The notes under the pieces: generated by a model
The model's input: the letters and a program-made list of their open reading frames with translations, nothing else
Databases searched by the model: none
Told to the model about the DNA's origin: nothing
Program-made: the position numbers and the translations under genes
Origin: Trichosphaerium sp. ATCC 40318
Lineage: Eukaryota; Protista; Tubulinea
Assembly (NCBI GenBank): GCA_038496445.1
Contig: JALMLS010000124.1
Span: forward strand, 1 to 64,000
DNA: 64,000 nucleotides
Direction of reading: 5' to 3'
Shown: piece by piece, positions 26,442-40,318 of the stretch
Layout of the letters: each line of letters begins with the position of its first letter
How positions within the stretch are numbered: position 1 is the first letter of the stretch

Positions 26442-28401
26442 TTACAACAATGACTCAAATAGCACGAGCGTTGATACTAATGCGGTACAATAAATAGTTG
26501 TAGACGAACTAAGTTGTGTATCAGCTACAGGAGCAGTTGGTGGTAAACTTGTCGGAGGTTGAGTTGTTGACGTTGTAAATGTTAGTGTAGGGGCTTCTGT
26601 TGTACGTTGTGTGGATGGTGATTCTGTTGGTGATACAGTTGTAGTTGGAAATGCAGTTGTAGGTGGAACTGAGCTAGGAGCTATCGTTGTTGGAGGTTCT
26701 ATAGGAGGTTGTGTAGTTGGAAATGCAGTTGTAGGTGGAACTGAGCTAGGTGCTATCGTTGTTGGAGGTTCTGTAGTAGGCTCTGTAGTTGGAACTAAGT
26801 TCGTAGGAGCAACCGAGTTTGGTGCTATCGTTGTTGGAGAAGCTGTTGTTGGAGTACTTGTAGTTGGAATAGCAGTCGTCGGTGTGGAAGTTGTTGGAGG
26901 AGTAGTAGGTATTAACGTAGTTGGTGAGCTTGTTGTAGGTACAGAGGTAGTCGGCATTGACGTAGTTGGTGCGCTGGTTGTAGGTACAGAGGTAGTTGGA
27001 AACATTGCAGGAGGTGCTGTTGTTGGAACATGTGTTGTTGGGGTAGTAGTTGTTGGACTCATTGTTGTTGGAGTACTTGTAGTTGGAATAGCAGTTGTCG
27101 GTGTGGAAGTTGTTGGAGGAGTAGTAGGTATTAGCGTAGTTGGTGAGCTTGTTGTAGGTACAGAGGTAGTCGGCATGGAGGTAGTGGGTGTGCTGGTTGT
27201 AGGTATAGAGGTAGTCGGCATTAATGTAGTTGGTGAGCTTGTTGTACCAGATGTGGGCCCGGTTGGTCCCAAAATAATTGTTGCGTTGTATTCAGTGCTT
27301 ATGTTCGCATTAAATTGTGGGACTTCAAGACTAAAATAGAACATTAGATAGTGCAAATATTTTTAGTCTGTACAGCAATGTATGTGTATCAGGGAACGTA
27401 AGTGAAGCTCCATTCGGGAAGTTTACATCTCCCAAAAAAGAGTCTAAATTAGTTAGACACGTGACAGACAACATAAATGTGCACGTACTGGAAGGATTAT
27501 AAAAGCTCCAGTTTATGCGAATGTAATACACTGTAACGAATGAAGCTACAGGACTTGATATTAAGCTGTATATCACTTTGAAACCGTCAACATCAACACT
27601 GAAGTTGAAATTGCTAATAGTTGACGATGATTCTACTGATGTTTCGTTCATAGGAACGTTGAGTGATGGCTGAGTGACACTGTTACTACCGTAACCTGTA
27701 CTTGGGACAAAGTCAACTGCAATATTCATAAGAGTTCCTACATCTGTACTAAAGGTTAGCTACAGTTGTTGACAATGATGGCGTACCGACTATAGGGTTT
27801 GGTGGTAACTCTATTGTTAGAGTGTATGTTCCTGGACTGTAAGCGTGGCTTGGGACATGTATACTAGTAGTGAGTTATTAACGTACATATTTACAGTTGT
27901 TGGCATACAGTATTGAAGATGACGAGGGAAAGACTATATCGATGTTTGTGTTGATTCCTGATGGAAATGAGTTTCTTAGTATGTTTGCATCTGTAGTTCT
28001 ATTAGTTCGGTCTCAAACGGGAGTTTATAGTACCTGTCGTATCATATGGTGAAAGCTCTAAAGAGAAATAGTATTCGCTCAACAGAGAACTACTCTGAAA
28101 GTCGTATTTTAATACTAAGGTGGTTGTAGAGATATCTAAGGTAGCAGTAAACGTGCTACCGATACTGAACTCTCCTTCAACAGCAGAGTTGCCCACAGTG
28201 ACATTTGATTGTGGAAATAAGTTTGCTCCCGATGGAGAGGTACTTGCGCTTATTGTTATTGCGGCTCCTTCAGCTACACCCAAGTAAGTATAAAAAAAAC
28301 AGATTCTGTTTGTTTCGATTGCGAATACCTGGTTGTGAATGTGTTGTGTGTATCATTACAATAATAAACAGCACAGCAAAGAAGGGGATGTGCTTGTACA
28401 T
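26442..28401 (-). CDS. Secreted mucin-like Pro/Thr-repeat protein, probably GPI- or TM-anchored
   Basis: Signal peptide MYKHIPFFAVLFIIVMI, beta-rich exons, long (PTTS/TxP)n region and hydrophobic C-terminus. Confidence 0.8.
26600..27250 (-). repeat. Coding tandem repeat of 15-bp (PTTxx) units with larger block duplications
   Basis: Repeated gttgtagg/gttgttgg units; ~26835-26960 is nearly identical to ~27060-27185. Confidence 0.85.
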
Positions 28402-29261
28402 GGTGTTTGTATTTAATAAAGTCGAAACAACACAGTAAGGGTTTTCACAGAAAGTGTTCCACTTTCTCACCCACTGTGGGTTTTTTCTGTTCTTCAAGGC
28501 GATTCGCAAGCAAAAAGGATGTTGTACTCAGAAATCGTAGGTAGTTTTTAATATAATGTCGGGTACTAAAAGAGAAAAAAAAAAATGTTGCGACAGTTGT
28601 ATTTCACTGAAATAATGTTTCGGAAGGCTTATATTGGTATAATTTTACAATACTCTGGAGTGTTTTAATACAAATATTCTGAAACGCTACATGTACCTCG
28701 TCAAGTAGATAAGAGAAGCGAGAATTGCAACTTTTTTTCTCTAGCTTAAAGTGAAGATATTGTACCAGTGACGTGCAGAGTAATGGCTAACATGACTTAT
28801 ATTTACGTAAGGTAACGTAAGAAAAACTACTATCTTTTACATCACTGTGGTTCACTATAAGAAATGAGAACAGGGTTTTTTACTCCTATTTTATCAGTTG
28901 TGTGAATTTGCGACAAACCATATCCACTATCACGAGATAGTAGAACAATACACTAATCGTTGTTCTACTATCACGCGTACAAACCAGTTCTGTAGGATAT
29001 TGAACGGGTAACAATACCTTTTTACGCCACTGTTGGCCACAGTGTATGAAAAATAAAACATACAGACGCTGAAAAATGCATAAACCCTGGCACGGTTGCT
29101 CTGCTGTACTAACAACACAAAGTCCAGTTTTTTGGCAACACCCAAATGATAACAAATAATTCACTTATCAAGTGTTGCTTAAAACTACGCATGCTTGGGC
29201 ACGCGCTTTTTTGTGCGCGTGTCTTATCAAATTTATTTCGGTACTACCAATCTAACCAAAC

Positions 29262-30644
29262 ATGAAGCAACATATCTTACTGATCATTGGGGTTTTCCTT
29301 CTGTCTCTAAATGCATACGACATTGTAGATTACTTTGAATCTCCCATAAGTCTTCTAGCTACAGGAGATAATCCCGTGGTAACAAATACAACTGTTGGCG
29401 GTATTGGCATTGCTGGATTTCGAAGAGATTTCACAGTTACAAGGACCTTTGGTGCTGATAACTCTTTGGGTACACGCTGTTCCATCATTGATTCGCGTTT
29501 TTCGCTATCAAACGATGTCAGTGTTTTCGGTAGTTGTACTGCTTTCTACCCTGGAATTGATGGCAACGGTTTTGACTCACCATTGGACTTAACAGATAAC
29601 GGAAGAAGTACGTTAACTGGTTGAACCTTCGTCTTTTTTGTCCGGATTTTCAGCTTCCTAATGTTTGTAAATAGGTTGTTTTAACTTTCGTGTAACACGT
29701 GTTGATAGAGCACCAGGCATATCAGCTATTTTTAGAAATTCTGAGACGTTTCAAGATATTGAACTGAATTACTCTCTTCCCTCTTTCTTGAATACACCTA
29801 TAGACGTATGCCTGCCTTTCGGCACCTCTTTAAGCGATTTCAATTCAGTTGATCAAGTCAAATACGAACTGAAAACCAACTTTAATAGTGGAGCTGATAT
29901 TGACATTGATTACGCTTGTGCTCAACCTGCTGTATCTTGTTGGTAAGTTAATTGAAGATTTAGCACTGTTTAATACTTTACTAGGCACCTAATTAACCCT
30001 GATGCCTACACGACGTTGAAAGTTGGCGATGAGTTCAATGTTAATGTCACATGCGAGAACTACGAAAAGTTTCCAGAGCTTATACCAGAGGTAATCTCAG
30101 GATCCTTCGTTTTCAACAGTACTATGGGTTTTGTTAAAGATGGTTCTGTTTCTTGTACCGGCACAACTTCATCGGGTGTATCAAATGGAGTTATGGAATT
30201 CGAAGCTACTTTGGCACAAAACCAACAAGCTTCATGCAGTTTCGTTGTACAACTTACAGGACCCGGTATTGCTAAAGACCTTGCCGCTTCTATCACAACA
30301 GCTGCTGGAGAAGAAGAGCCAATTCGTTCCAATGAACAACGTTCAGTGTATGTACTTTGTTTTCGCTTGTGTCTTGCTGTAACTCACTTTTTTGTTTGCT
30401 TAGCCAAGGAACGTTTGGTTTCTGCAAGGATCCACAACTTTCATCTGTTACTGTATATCCTGCACCTGAGCCTGTACCTTGTAGACGACAAAGGAAATGT
30501 TTCCGCATTGCGCAAAGTAACGACTGCGTATTTGCATCGAACTGCGTTGAAAGAGAATGTGATATATTTTGTAAAGATACTCCAGAATGTCGCTTTGAAC
30601 CAATATGCTCAAGCGCAACTTTCTGGTATCAAAGATCCTGGTAA
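29262..30644 (+). CDS. Secreted protein with Ig-like/DUF11-like region and Cys-rich C-terminus
   Basis: Signal MKQHILLIIGVFLLSLNA; three introns; last exon CFRIAQSNDCVFASNCVERECDIFCKDTPECRFEPIC. Confidence 0.65.
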
Positions 30645-31609
30645 ATAAATACATGTCAATTGTATCACCCTGTAGACTTGCATTAATCTGTTTTACTAGA
30701 GCAACTTTTGTTAAGCAGTTCCTTCTCTATATAGACGCTAATCCATGTGCTTAATGTATTGTGATCTTTCTTTTTGTTGTTTGTGGAGTTGTAACGTCAA
30801 GAAAAATTAAACATTGTATAGCGCAGAATCACTGAAAATTATTTTTCAGTTCCATATTTGATCATTTTTCTCTGTTTGACGCCTATACACAGCCTTGAAA
30901 TTAAGACATCTATTGCACAAAAGATCACAGTACTTGTAATTTGAAAATCAAGGCTTACAATAGCGTCACAAGTGTATTTTAGCTTTAGCATACAAATATT
31001 GTATGTATGTACTACCCTACGCGCAGATACATGTTTTTAGGTACTTACACGGATTCTTGTGAGTGTTTAATGAAAAAACTCTACTATTTCAAGACAAATG
31101 TACCAACGGCTGCCTAAACGTACCATTTTACAGATCACATAAGATTATATCCTTTCAGGTATATTTGGCTGCCGTTGCTTGATTTGTCGTCGTTATTGGA
31201 AAATCTTCAAAAGCAATCAATTACGCTGACTAAAAGCAATTATTGCAACTGTCACTTCTTTTTTTGCAATTAACACATTAGTGGAACAGTTTTACGGCAT
31301 TGTTGTTACAAATGTACGTCTACAAACATATTTTGGCATCTGGCACCAAACTTCTGGCATAACACACCTACAACCATGTAGCTACAAGATATAGCACTGT
31401 TTTTGATGTACAAGCACATGGCTTAGTGTATTGAATTTTTCTATGAACGGGTACTGCTTAACAAAAGTTGCTCTAAGCTCTAAGAATCCATGGCGCTGAC
31501 TTCCCGCGGGAATTTACTTTTGTCACTTTTAAGTAAACTTTGCAAACGTTCTTTCTTTATTCGATATGACGTGAACGCATGTCGTGACTAAGTCTTTAAG
31601 CTATTCTGT

Positions 31610-33542
31610 ATGAATCTACCTTATCGCATAGCGTTATACAGTTCGCTTGTATTTGGGTGTATTATAGCTCTGGATATCGCAATAGTAAGCGTATCACACA
31701 AATATCGGAGTTCAGGAAGGTTGATTGAAATACTTGTCCTTGAATCAATCAACAATACATTGGCCGACAAATGCTGGTTTTCTGGCTTCTGGTCGGGTGC
31801 TTTTGTACCGAAATAGCATCAAACGTTGTGTTACACCGAAACGGTACGCTCTTACTTGAAATACAATAGATAGCTTGCACACGTTCCGTGTATTCGTAAT
31901 AACGGAGGCTTATTTATTCTATTTTCGATTTGTATTTTTGAGGTATTTTAATTGCGTTTCCAAGGTTCTAGTGTTGAGTACGCTGCAGTTCCTTACTTCT
32001 TTGGACGTAATTCGAAGGTAATATTTGATGATTTCAACGCATCGCTTGTCATTGCAAGAGATGGGGTTAATATCACTGGTTCGTACATCTTATCGTTTGC
32101 TGTACAAGTTAGTTTCCACGTGCAAAAAATAATGGTTATGTTTCCTTTTTTGATCTAGGCATCGAAAAAGAAGGCTAACATTGTACCACAAAGGTAAAGT
32201 AGTCTTCGCAACGTATCCTCAAGATAGAAAGATGTATCGACAGTGGGTTGCTCAAGGTGCTATTGGTATTGTTGAGTATTTTGAAGCGAGCAATGACTTG
32301 CGTGTTGGCAAAGCGAACTATCTTAATCTCTACGGAGGTACAGACAAAAAAGAACAAATAAATGTATGCGGTTACTAATTGTTACAGACAACCTTCAAGG
32401 TCTTGGAGTTCCTATCGTAGGTCAAAGATACTTTACTTCTATAAGCAATGATACGAATGTAACCATAAAGTACGCTGAGAGCAGATGGTACAACACACTG
32501 TCGAGTCCGTGGATAATAGGTAAACATGTGAATAATTTTTATTAGTTCCTGTATTCTTCTTAAGAAATAATCACGTGTTATAGTACTAATTCATTATATT
32601 ATAGCTTCACATGTATTTATGATTATTACAACTCTGATTTCATTCGCTGTATCTGTAGTTCGGTACAATAAATGGAAAACGACGCAAGTACTATCTGACT
32701 CTTATTTTCTAGATTCTTTCAGTTTGTAATGATTGATGGATATCGAGTTACAATACCAAAGGTTGCTCTATTCGTAGAGATTCTTGGCAATATTTTTCGA
32801 TTAATTTGGTGTGTTCCGGACCCATGGGGATACTTGTTTATAGTTCCTGCTTGGTGAGTAGTTTATTAATTGTTGCAAACCTCTTACTATCGTTTCGTGT
32901 AGGTATGATGAAGTGTTCAAGATATATTATACTTTCTTTGCGAACATATCTAACCTACTGATTGTTCTATACTGGCATGAATCAATGATCACCCTACACC
33001 TTGAAGTATTGCCGTACTTAACCAAAATGGCGATACCATTTTACATTTTTTCTGCACTCATTGCAGGTTCAGAAACTGTAATGGCAGTAATACGCATAGT
33101 GCTCTTCCCAGAAAATGATATTTACTGGACTTACCTACTCTCTGGAGCATTCTACGGACTCTTCGGTGCTACTATTCTCATTTATTTACTCATTGTTTCA
33201 ATCAAGCTCTGGAAACGCCTAAGACTTATGTCAAATGATGCAGAGACGAAGGGAATGATAATAAGACTTTTTGCACGTGTATCTGCTACAATATTGTTAA
33301 TGTCTATGATAGCTGTATGCTGTTTATTATGGCTTTTCTGGCCACCTATCAGATCTAATCCTCTAGCAAAAGTGATATTCTTTATTATAGTTGTTTGTCT
33401 TTTTAATGCACTATCTATTGTACAAGCATTAAGCTTCTTGCCTTCACGTGTTTCAACGAATAGTTCTAGTTCTAATTTAAACAAAAAATCTGTAAACTCT
33501 GTTTCAGGCAATACCACAAACAGTACAATCTCAAGAATGTAG
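31610..33542 (+). CDS. Multi-pass (7TM-like) membrane protein with N-terminal ectodomain
   Basis: Signal-like first exon, ectodomain exons, RLIWCVPDPWG, several TM helices and a Ser-rich tail. Confidence 0.65.
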
Positions 33543-33763
33543 GAACAACGAAGTCACTTGTTAAATAAAATCTTTAAATTACCACTTTTTTGTACCAAAC
33601 CAACAGCACAGGAGATGTTCTTAATATTGAACGTACGTCCCTAGATCTAATGATGTATAGTATGAAGAAACTCAACAAGAAAATTGTTGTAAACCGTAAA
33701 TTTTGCATCTAAAACAATCTGCGTGGTCTTTAAACTTTCCGACTTTTTTCTTCTTTTATTTTT

Positions 33764-35580
33764 CTACACTAACTCTAATGTTTTATCTGGTGTACTATCC
33801 ATTCTAATTGGTACTGCTTGTGTATCTTGATGATTCTGCCATATGTATGCATTGTGGCGCACTTTTGAAATAATATTTGCAATGATGAATGTAAGCAATA
33901 ACACCAAAACGATGACTCCTGCAACCGTTCCTAAAATTATCGCCAAAGGTGCTAAAAAGAAAAAACCGTATGAGGAATTTGAACTCTCTGAGTTGTCGTT
34001 AACGTACGTGAAGATCCGCATTCATCAGAAACTGACATTAAGAGATATACTGAGGATTGTTCCTCTGATAAAGATGACGTTGAAACGGATTTACATGGAT
34101 CGTTTTCTTTTAATGATAGTGACACATTACTTGTGATATCGCCTGTAAAACAGAATCAATTTAAAATAAAGGTACTTAAACAGATAGATAAGGCCCAAAG
34201 AGAAAAAGAACAAAAGAACAGAAGTCAAGCTGTTAATTTCGTGGCAGATAATCCATAGTATTTTGGACATCTGCCACGAAACTTACGGAAGTAAACAAGA
34301 ACGAAATACATAATTTTTCAAAAAGGCACGTGTTAAAATACTTTTTAAAGCACACAAAGGCCTGGTATTTGTTACCTTCACATTCAAGGTTTTGTCGAAG
34401 TATTTCTATTCTTTCCTCTCTTATAACATCAACCTCAATACTTAAATTTCCAGATATGTCTATACATCCCTGTATTATCAATACTGTAGCATCATTTTTG
34501 AACTTTATAGTAGCATCCACTAAGCTCGTATTTCCTAACACAATCAAAAAAAAACCCTGAACAAACCAAAGCCACAAATAGCTTTTCGATAAATAAGCTT
34601 TGTTAAAGTTGAAATAAAAACACGTGCGGTATGTAGCTAAAAATATAGGAGTTAAGTGTACCATAAAAAACGCTCGTTGTGTTAACAATAAAAACACCAG
34701 TAATAACAACAGGTGGTGCTTGAGTAGGTTCCAATGTGGGTGCGTCAGTAGGCTTTAAAGTAGGTGGTTCAGATGGTGTAAGTGTAGGTGCCATCGTAGG
34801 AAAATTTATACCTACAGAACCAAGTTTTTAGAGTGAATTGGTCAAAGCAAGTAATACCTGTGCCAAAAATTTGAACATTCGCATCAGAAAAGTTGGTGTT
34901 AAGAACTCCTCGAAGCTCACCAGTATCTACTACATACTCTGCTGTGTACCCATCCGTGTCTACAAAATGTGTTGCATTCGAGGTGTTTGTTGTGGTATGT
35001 AAGAAAAAATGTGCTCCTTCGCCGTGTACAGCAAAGAAATGAAATCCTGGAGTAGCCGTGACGTTTGAAATATCAACAGTCAGTTGAAAGAGTTTAGCAT
35101 CATCCCCAGTATTAGGATAATGGTAGCTTTTGGTTGTCCCTGGATACGTTACAATAGTAGGAGATAGATCTGATATGTCTGTCGATGTCTTATACGGGTG
35201 TAGGTGTGTCACATTCCCAAGATAAAGTGTAATACTGGTAACGGATATGAGAAAAAAAAATTGAAAAAAAATATATCAAAAGGCCTACTTGTTGTATACT
35301 TGTTCAAATTCAGATACGGTTTGCGGGTTGGTATTTACAACTACCCACACACGTAACCCTGTTATTATCCATTGATCATAGTCATCAGGTAACCAAAAAC
35401 TATCACCAAGCATCCCATCATCTTCAGGAGAGTCGTAAGCCCAGTTCACGCGTTCGTCTACAAAAAAGATTATCAGGTGTCAATTAAAAAAAATAATGCA
35501 GACACGTGATGCGGATACCAATTTTCATAAACTTTTTGACGCTAGAAATAATTTGTGATACCCCTTTATGCACCACACAC
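33764..35580 (-). CDS. Single-pass membrane protein with Pro/Thr stalk (start approximate)
   Basis: Exons include APTLTPSEPPTLKPT, GCIDISGNLSI and a C-terminal TM LAIILGTVAGVIVLVLLLTFII. Confidence 0.6.
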
Positions 35581-36723
35581 AAAACAACTTCAACGAGAAA
35601 GTTGTATGGCAAAATTCGGTTTTAGGAAATAGGCAAGTGGCGCTAAATATATCTAAATCACGTGCTTGGATTGTCGTCATTTAAATTAGTAGACGGTAGG
35701 CCTCTATTAAAGATTAATTCTGTATTAGATACGCCCAATACGATTAATACAGTGAGAAAAACGAGTAGTCCAGGTGTTGACCCCATTAAGAGCAAAAAGA
35801 GCGGAAATGACTTGAGTATTTTTTGACTTTTTTGTCGCGATTCACAAGTGTATTAACCAAATTAACAGTAATGCTTTGAGCTTCATAAAGAGACAGGAAA
35901 CTATTTTTAATACGCAAGTAACGAATAAGTTAATGCGTTAACGGTAGAAGTAGGCCATATAATTGTTTACCATACTAAGAGCTCACGTCCTAAAAGGCGA
36001 GAAAAAATCTCAATAAAATCATCGCAAGGATGAATGACTTAGTTTTTTACAAAGTAATGTTGATGGCTTTAAACAAGAGAAGTATGGGTGCTTCCAGGCG
36101 ACATATCACGACATGCCAAACAGAACACAAAGTTGTAATTTTAGAAGATATGAGTCCTCATAGAAGGCGGAAAAGAGCTTCCTGATAGTAAACTGCGCGT
36201 GCTCATACCCAGCGACATGCTTTAATGTTGGGTCATGAGAAATGATATTGTAATAAAGATTAAACGTTGATTGAATGTCATCCATTACTACCTGTCTTTT
36301 ATTCCTGAAAGATTCTTGCAACACTTCTGATTTTTAACATATTTGTCACGTGCCTGTGTCCATTCATCCGTACCCTATTGATAAAAAACCAGATATGAAC
36401 TATTCCTAGCACTGTAAGTGCTTAACAAACGCTACAGAGCTGTCATATGCGCTGACAAGATTCCACTAAACTAAAAATAAAATCAACATACATGGTTGCA
36501 GTTACTGAGACAATAGTTAACTGTCAAGGCATGTGGCACGACACAAGTATGTTCAAGGCTAGATAGGCCAAAGAGGGTTGTAAGGTGGATACTAAACATC
36601 TGGCATGAGAAAATAATCACGATATTCTATTTGGGTAAAACGGTTTTTTGTACCCAACTTATTCACTTTTACTCTAAGCCATGAAAAGTCTCGTGTAACT
36701 TCGGCGTTAGCGTCAAGTATATA

Positions 36724-38576
36724 ATGGCAGCTGCCTTGTGGCGCATTAATGACGCTAGCCCCACTTCTGCGCCGAGTGGCGATAAATCATGGCACCAAAT
36801 AGCTCTTTATGTTTATTGGTCATCTGCAGCACTTTCATTAGTGGCTAGCACGATAATGGTACGGCTACGACTAAATTACAGTAGTTTACTGAACCAAACT
36901 GGATTATACACATTCTAATATACAGAAAACTAAAATCAACGCCTCAAAGACTTGTTTTACAAGTCTTTCTAATCGATTACCTCATTGCGGCGTCAGATCT
37001 AATGACAGTTTTTCTATACATGTATAAAGGTAGTGGTAAGGTTAATATAACGTAGTAGAAGTGAATAGAACGCTAAAACAATTAAATCATTTAGGTGTAT
37101 GTCTAGTAAACGCGTTTTTAATTAATTTCGCTGATTTATTACAACCCTTTATTTCTGTCATTATATCAACTAATTTATTCTTTTATGTTGTCCTTAAAAG
37201 GCACGTGGAATTTTTAGTATTTATTACGAAACCAAGTTTAGTGGATTTTTTTTTTTTTCCTTCCTTTCTTCTTTGAGGAGCGCCTTGCTCACCTATATGA
37301 AAAAAATTTGGTTCAAAGTAGCTTGAACTGAGATAACTATATGTCGTAATAACGGACAAAAACTATGACATGTTCATGTATGCGCGGTAGTTATGAGAAA
37401 AAATACATCTTTCCTCACTAAAGATTTTCCGTTCGGGTTTTTTAGAAGGCACTTTTTTTAGTCCAATTGTTTTAATGTCTTTAATAGTTACAATACCGAT
37501 CGTATGGTCGCTCGAGAAGTTCTTGCTAGTATTGCTATGTATAGCCTTTCAGGAGTATTAAGTGCTTTGCCTTTTGTACACAATACATACGGCAAAAGTT
37601 ATCCGTAAGAACCTTACTCTTTGTTTTGTTTCATTGAACACTTTAAGTCGCTTCAAGATCAATGCTGATATTATATTCAGGTCTTGTTGGATAAAAGATA
37701 ACGCAGGAACTTATGGCATAGTGTATGAAAGAAACTTGCTTTTTTTACAAGACAAATACGAACAAGACAAACTTTTCTGTGTTTTTTTTCTAAAGGTTTA
37801 AAAGGTGGGAGGTTTTGAGTTTCTGGGGTCCTCTGCTATTATCCATACTTCTTGTTATAATATTTAATATATCAGTACTTATATTTCTGCGTCGTATTTC
37901 GAAGGTACGTTCTTTTGAACACTATGCATCATAATACTCCCGAACTCTTGTTTTTGGTTAAAAAAAAAATACATATCACAAGATAACTTATACTACCTCG
38001 TATAAAAAAACTGCGTTTACCTATTAATGTGAGCGCATGATATTGATATTTTTAATGAGTCTTCTTAAAACCTAAGCAAAATACATACATAATCTAACAC
38101 GATGTTAGGAATCGAGAACTGAACAAAAAGCTGATCATATCGAAAAATTGGCTGTTTATAGACTTGCTGGATATCCAATTTTGATGATCATTGTTTGGTC
38201 TACTGATGTCACAAGGTTTTTACTATATGATATACAGGATAAAATCGCAGTACGTCACTCAGCAAATGTGTTTACAATAAGCGCTGTTTTTTCTTCTTTT
38301 TTTCTTGTTTTAACACTTAACTAGCCTGAGTGGCTTATATTTACTGCAATCGCCATGAGACCTCTTCTAGGTGTTTTTGACACATTATTCTATAGTATGG
38401 GAAACTTTTGCGTAAAAACAATATTTTGCGGTACGTCCAAAAGAGAGGCATAACTTTTTTTGTCGAAGTGATTTACTTTAGATTTATCGTCTGTTACTCA
38501 TTCAGAAACTGATGAAACTCGACCTACACATAGTATTCCTACATCTGTTAACACCTCTTACGATGAGATTTATTAA
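36724..38576 (+). CDS. cAMP-receptor/Crl-like G-protein-coupled receptor
   Basis: SAALSLVASTIM (TM1), CLVNAFLINF (TM3), CWI (ECL2), RLAGYPILMIIVW (TM6) and LLGVFDTLFY (TM7); stop at 38574-38576. Confidence 0.7.
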
Positions 38577-38949
38577 AAAAAGGCGAATACTCCCAGTTAG
38601 GTTCAAGAAGAAAATGTACAAAATTTAATATATTATTATTCGTAGTGTTATTCCGTATTTACACTGCAGTACTTCAAATACTGCTAGCAAATCCTTAAAT
38701 AAATAAGCCTCAGCTCTATATCAAACTCAACACTTTGCGTCGAGAGTCTTGACAAGGAAACTAGCCGGACTCCGAAAACTTATCATAAGAACATCGCGGA
38801 CCAATTCTGTCTGTGATGTGACCAATAGCGGCTACAGTTTTCGAACCTATCAAAATCTCTACAGCTGAGTGCGTATTCTACATTTGGACAAGACGTATTC
38901 TCATGCTTTCAGAACTAAGAAAAGTTGTGACAGGTAAACGATCAATGAT

Positions 38950-39365
38950 TAATGAAACTATTGGTCTGATGTAATCCGTATGAAACAGATTACTGTCTCA
39001 ACCTCTCGCAAGATTCTTGTGAAAAGTATCACGAAAAGCACAATCAGAGATTCACGTTCAATTGATACTGGAATGGCGTTGAGTGTTGGCGCTAACAGAA
39101 AATGGTTTCTCAGACAGTTTTTTTACCTGTACCCAATCAACTTGTTGAAACAATCTGTTCTCAAACCTAAACTTTTTGATTGATCCTATTCGTTATCAAT
39201 TGACCATAATTAAATGTGGATTTTAGCAACATCTCGTTAGACTGATGCAGCTACATCGCACTTGATAAGATACAAGTCAAGTACTTGACATGTCTTTGGT
39301 TATTTAAATATGTTCGGACTAACTTGATGACTAGCGTTTAGGCATATTATGTATTTACATATTCT
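38950..39365 (+). pseudogene. Possible highly degraded LRR gene remnant
   Basis: Broken LRR-like snippets (SIDTG...LTENGF; TDAATSHL) with stops and frameshifts. Confidence 0.25.
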
Positions 39366-39448
39366 TACTATACAGAAGAACAAAGTTTGTGCTGGGGTTA
39401 ACACCAAAACCCACAAATGTATTGTTAAAGAGATTTTTCTGTTCGCAT

Positions 39449-40233
39449 AAACGTATTATTGTATGTTTCATTCAAGTTTTACTAATATTTTCTAGAAAGT
39501 GAGTTTTTAGCACTTTTAGCAGATCTAGCAAGATCTGACACTTCTGTCAAATGGTGTAGATCTATCACAATGTGAACTATTTGTGTTACAATGTTGTCCT
39601 TCATTGTATGACTTAGGTACCTTACGGTAAGTTGTGGCAAAATTTTCAATGTAAGTTTCAACAGACCATGGAAGATGATCGCAGTATTTTACCTACTGTA
39701 CACGGTACGAGCAAACCACAGAGGTGTTCAATGCGCTAAAAGCGAATTAAAAAGGTATGATGTCCTACAAAGCTATCGCATTACCGCCAAACACGGTATG
39801 AATGCCTCAAACACTGTTTGCTGTATGTTTTGCTTCAAAAAATCAACGTACGTGTGTAACTTACTAGCGCTACGCTAGCGCCTACCCCACGCTAACAGAA
39901 GCGCTATGGTAGCATCCAAGCAGCAATGAAGGTGTAGCAACGTCAAAACCGCCCCAAAACACCACCAGCGTTGCTGTAGGCTTTGTAAACGCCGCTAGGC
40001 GTCAAATATGTAAATAAAAAAGTTTGCTCTGGGTTTGTTAAATCACGTGGGTTTGAAACGGTTGGATTCACTGGACAGGCGCGAGGGTAGATCACATTTA
40101 AAATAATGACAATTTGCAAGATCTGTCAGAAGTGTCAAATCTGTCAGATCTGACAGATCGGGCAGAAACTGGATTTTTTTTGCTAAAAGTCAGTCTGTCT
40201 CAAAACTTGAATGAAACAGACAATAATTAGTTT
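39449..40233. repeat. Imperfect ~100-120-bp inverted repeats flanking a ~560-bp spacer (possible degenerate TIR element)
   Basis: aaacgtattattgtatgtttcattcaagtttt (39449-39480) matches the reverse complement of 40202-40233; cttttagca and agat(c/t)tgacacttctg are also shared. No TSD found. Confidence 0.6.
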
Positions 40234-40318
40234 GCAGCTATTTATCATCGCAAGGCACCACACCTATACCGCTACTCATCAAACACGTTTTAATAGAATC
40301 AATAGTAATTATTGCGTT

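Noticed and set aside
26611-27339. 242-aa Val/Gly-rich plus-strand ORF
   Set aside because: Antisense shadow of the PTT-repeat mucin.
37201-37206. A further GCACGT splice donor in the GPCR gene
   Set aside because: The downstream acceptor and reading frame are ambiguous, so it was not counted.
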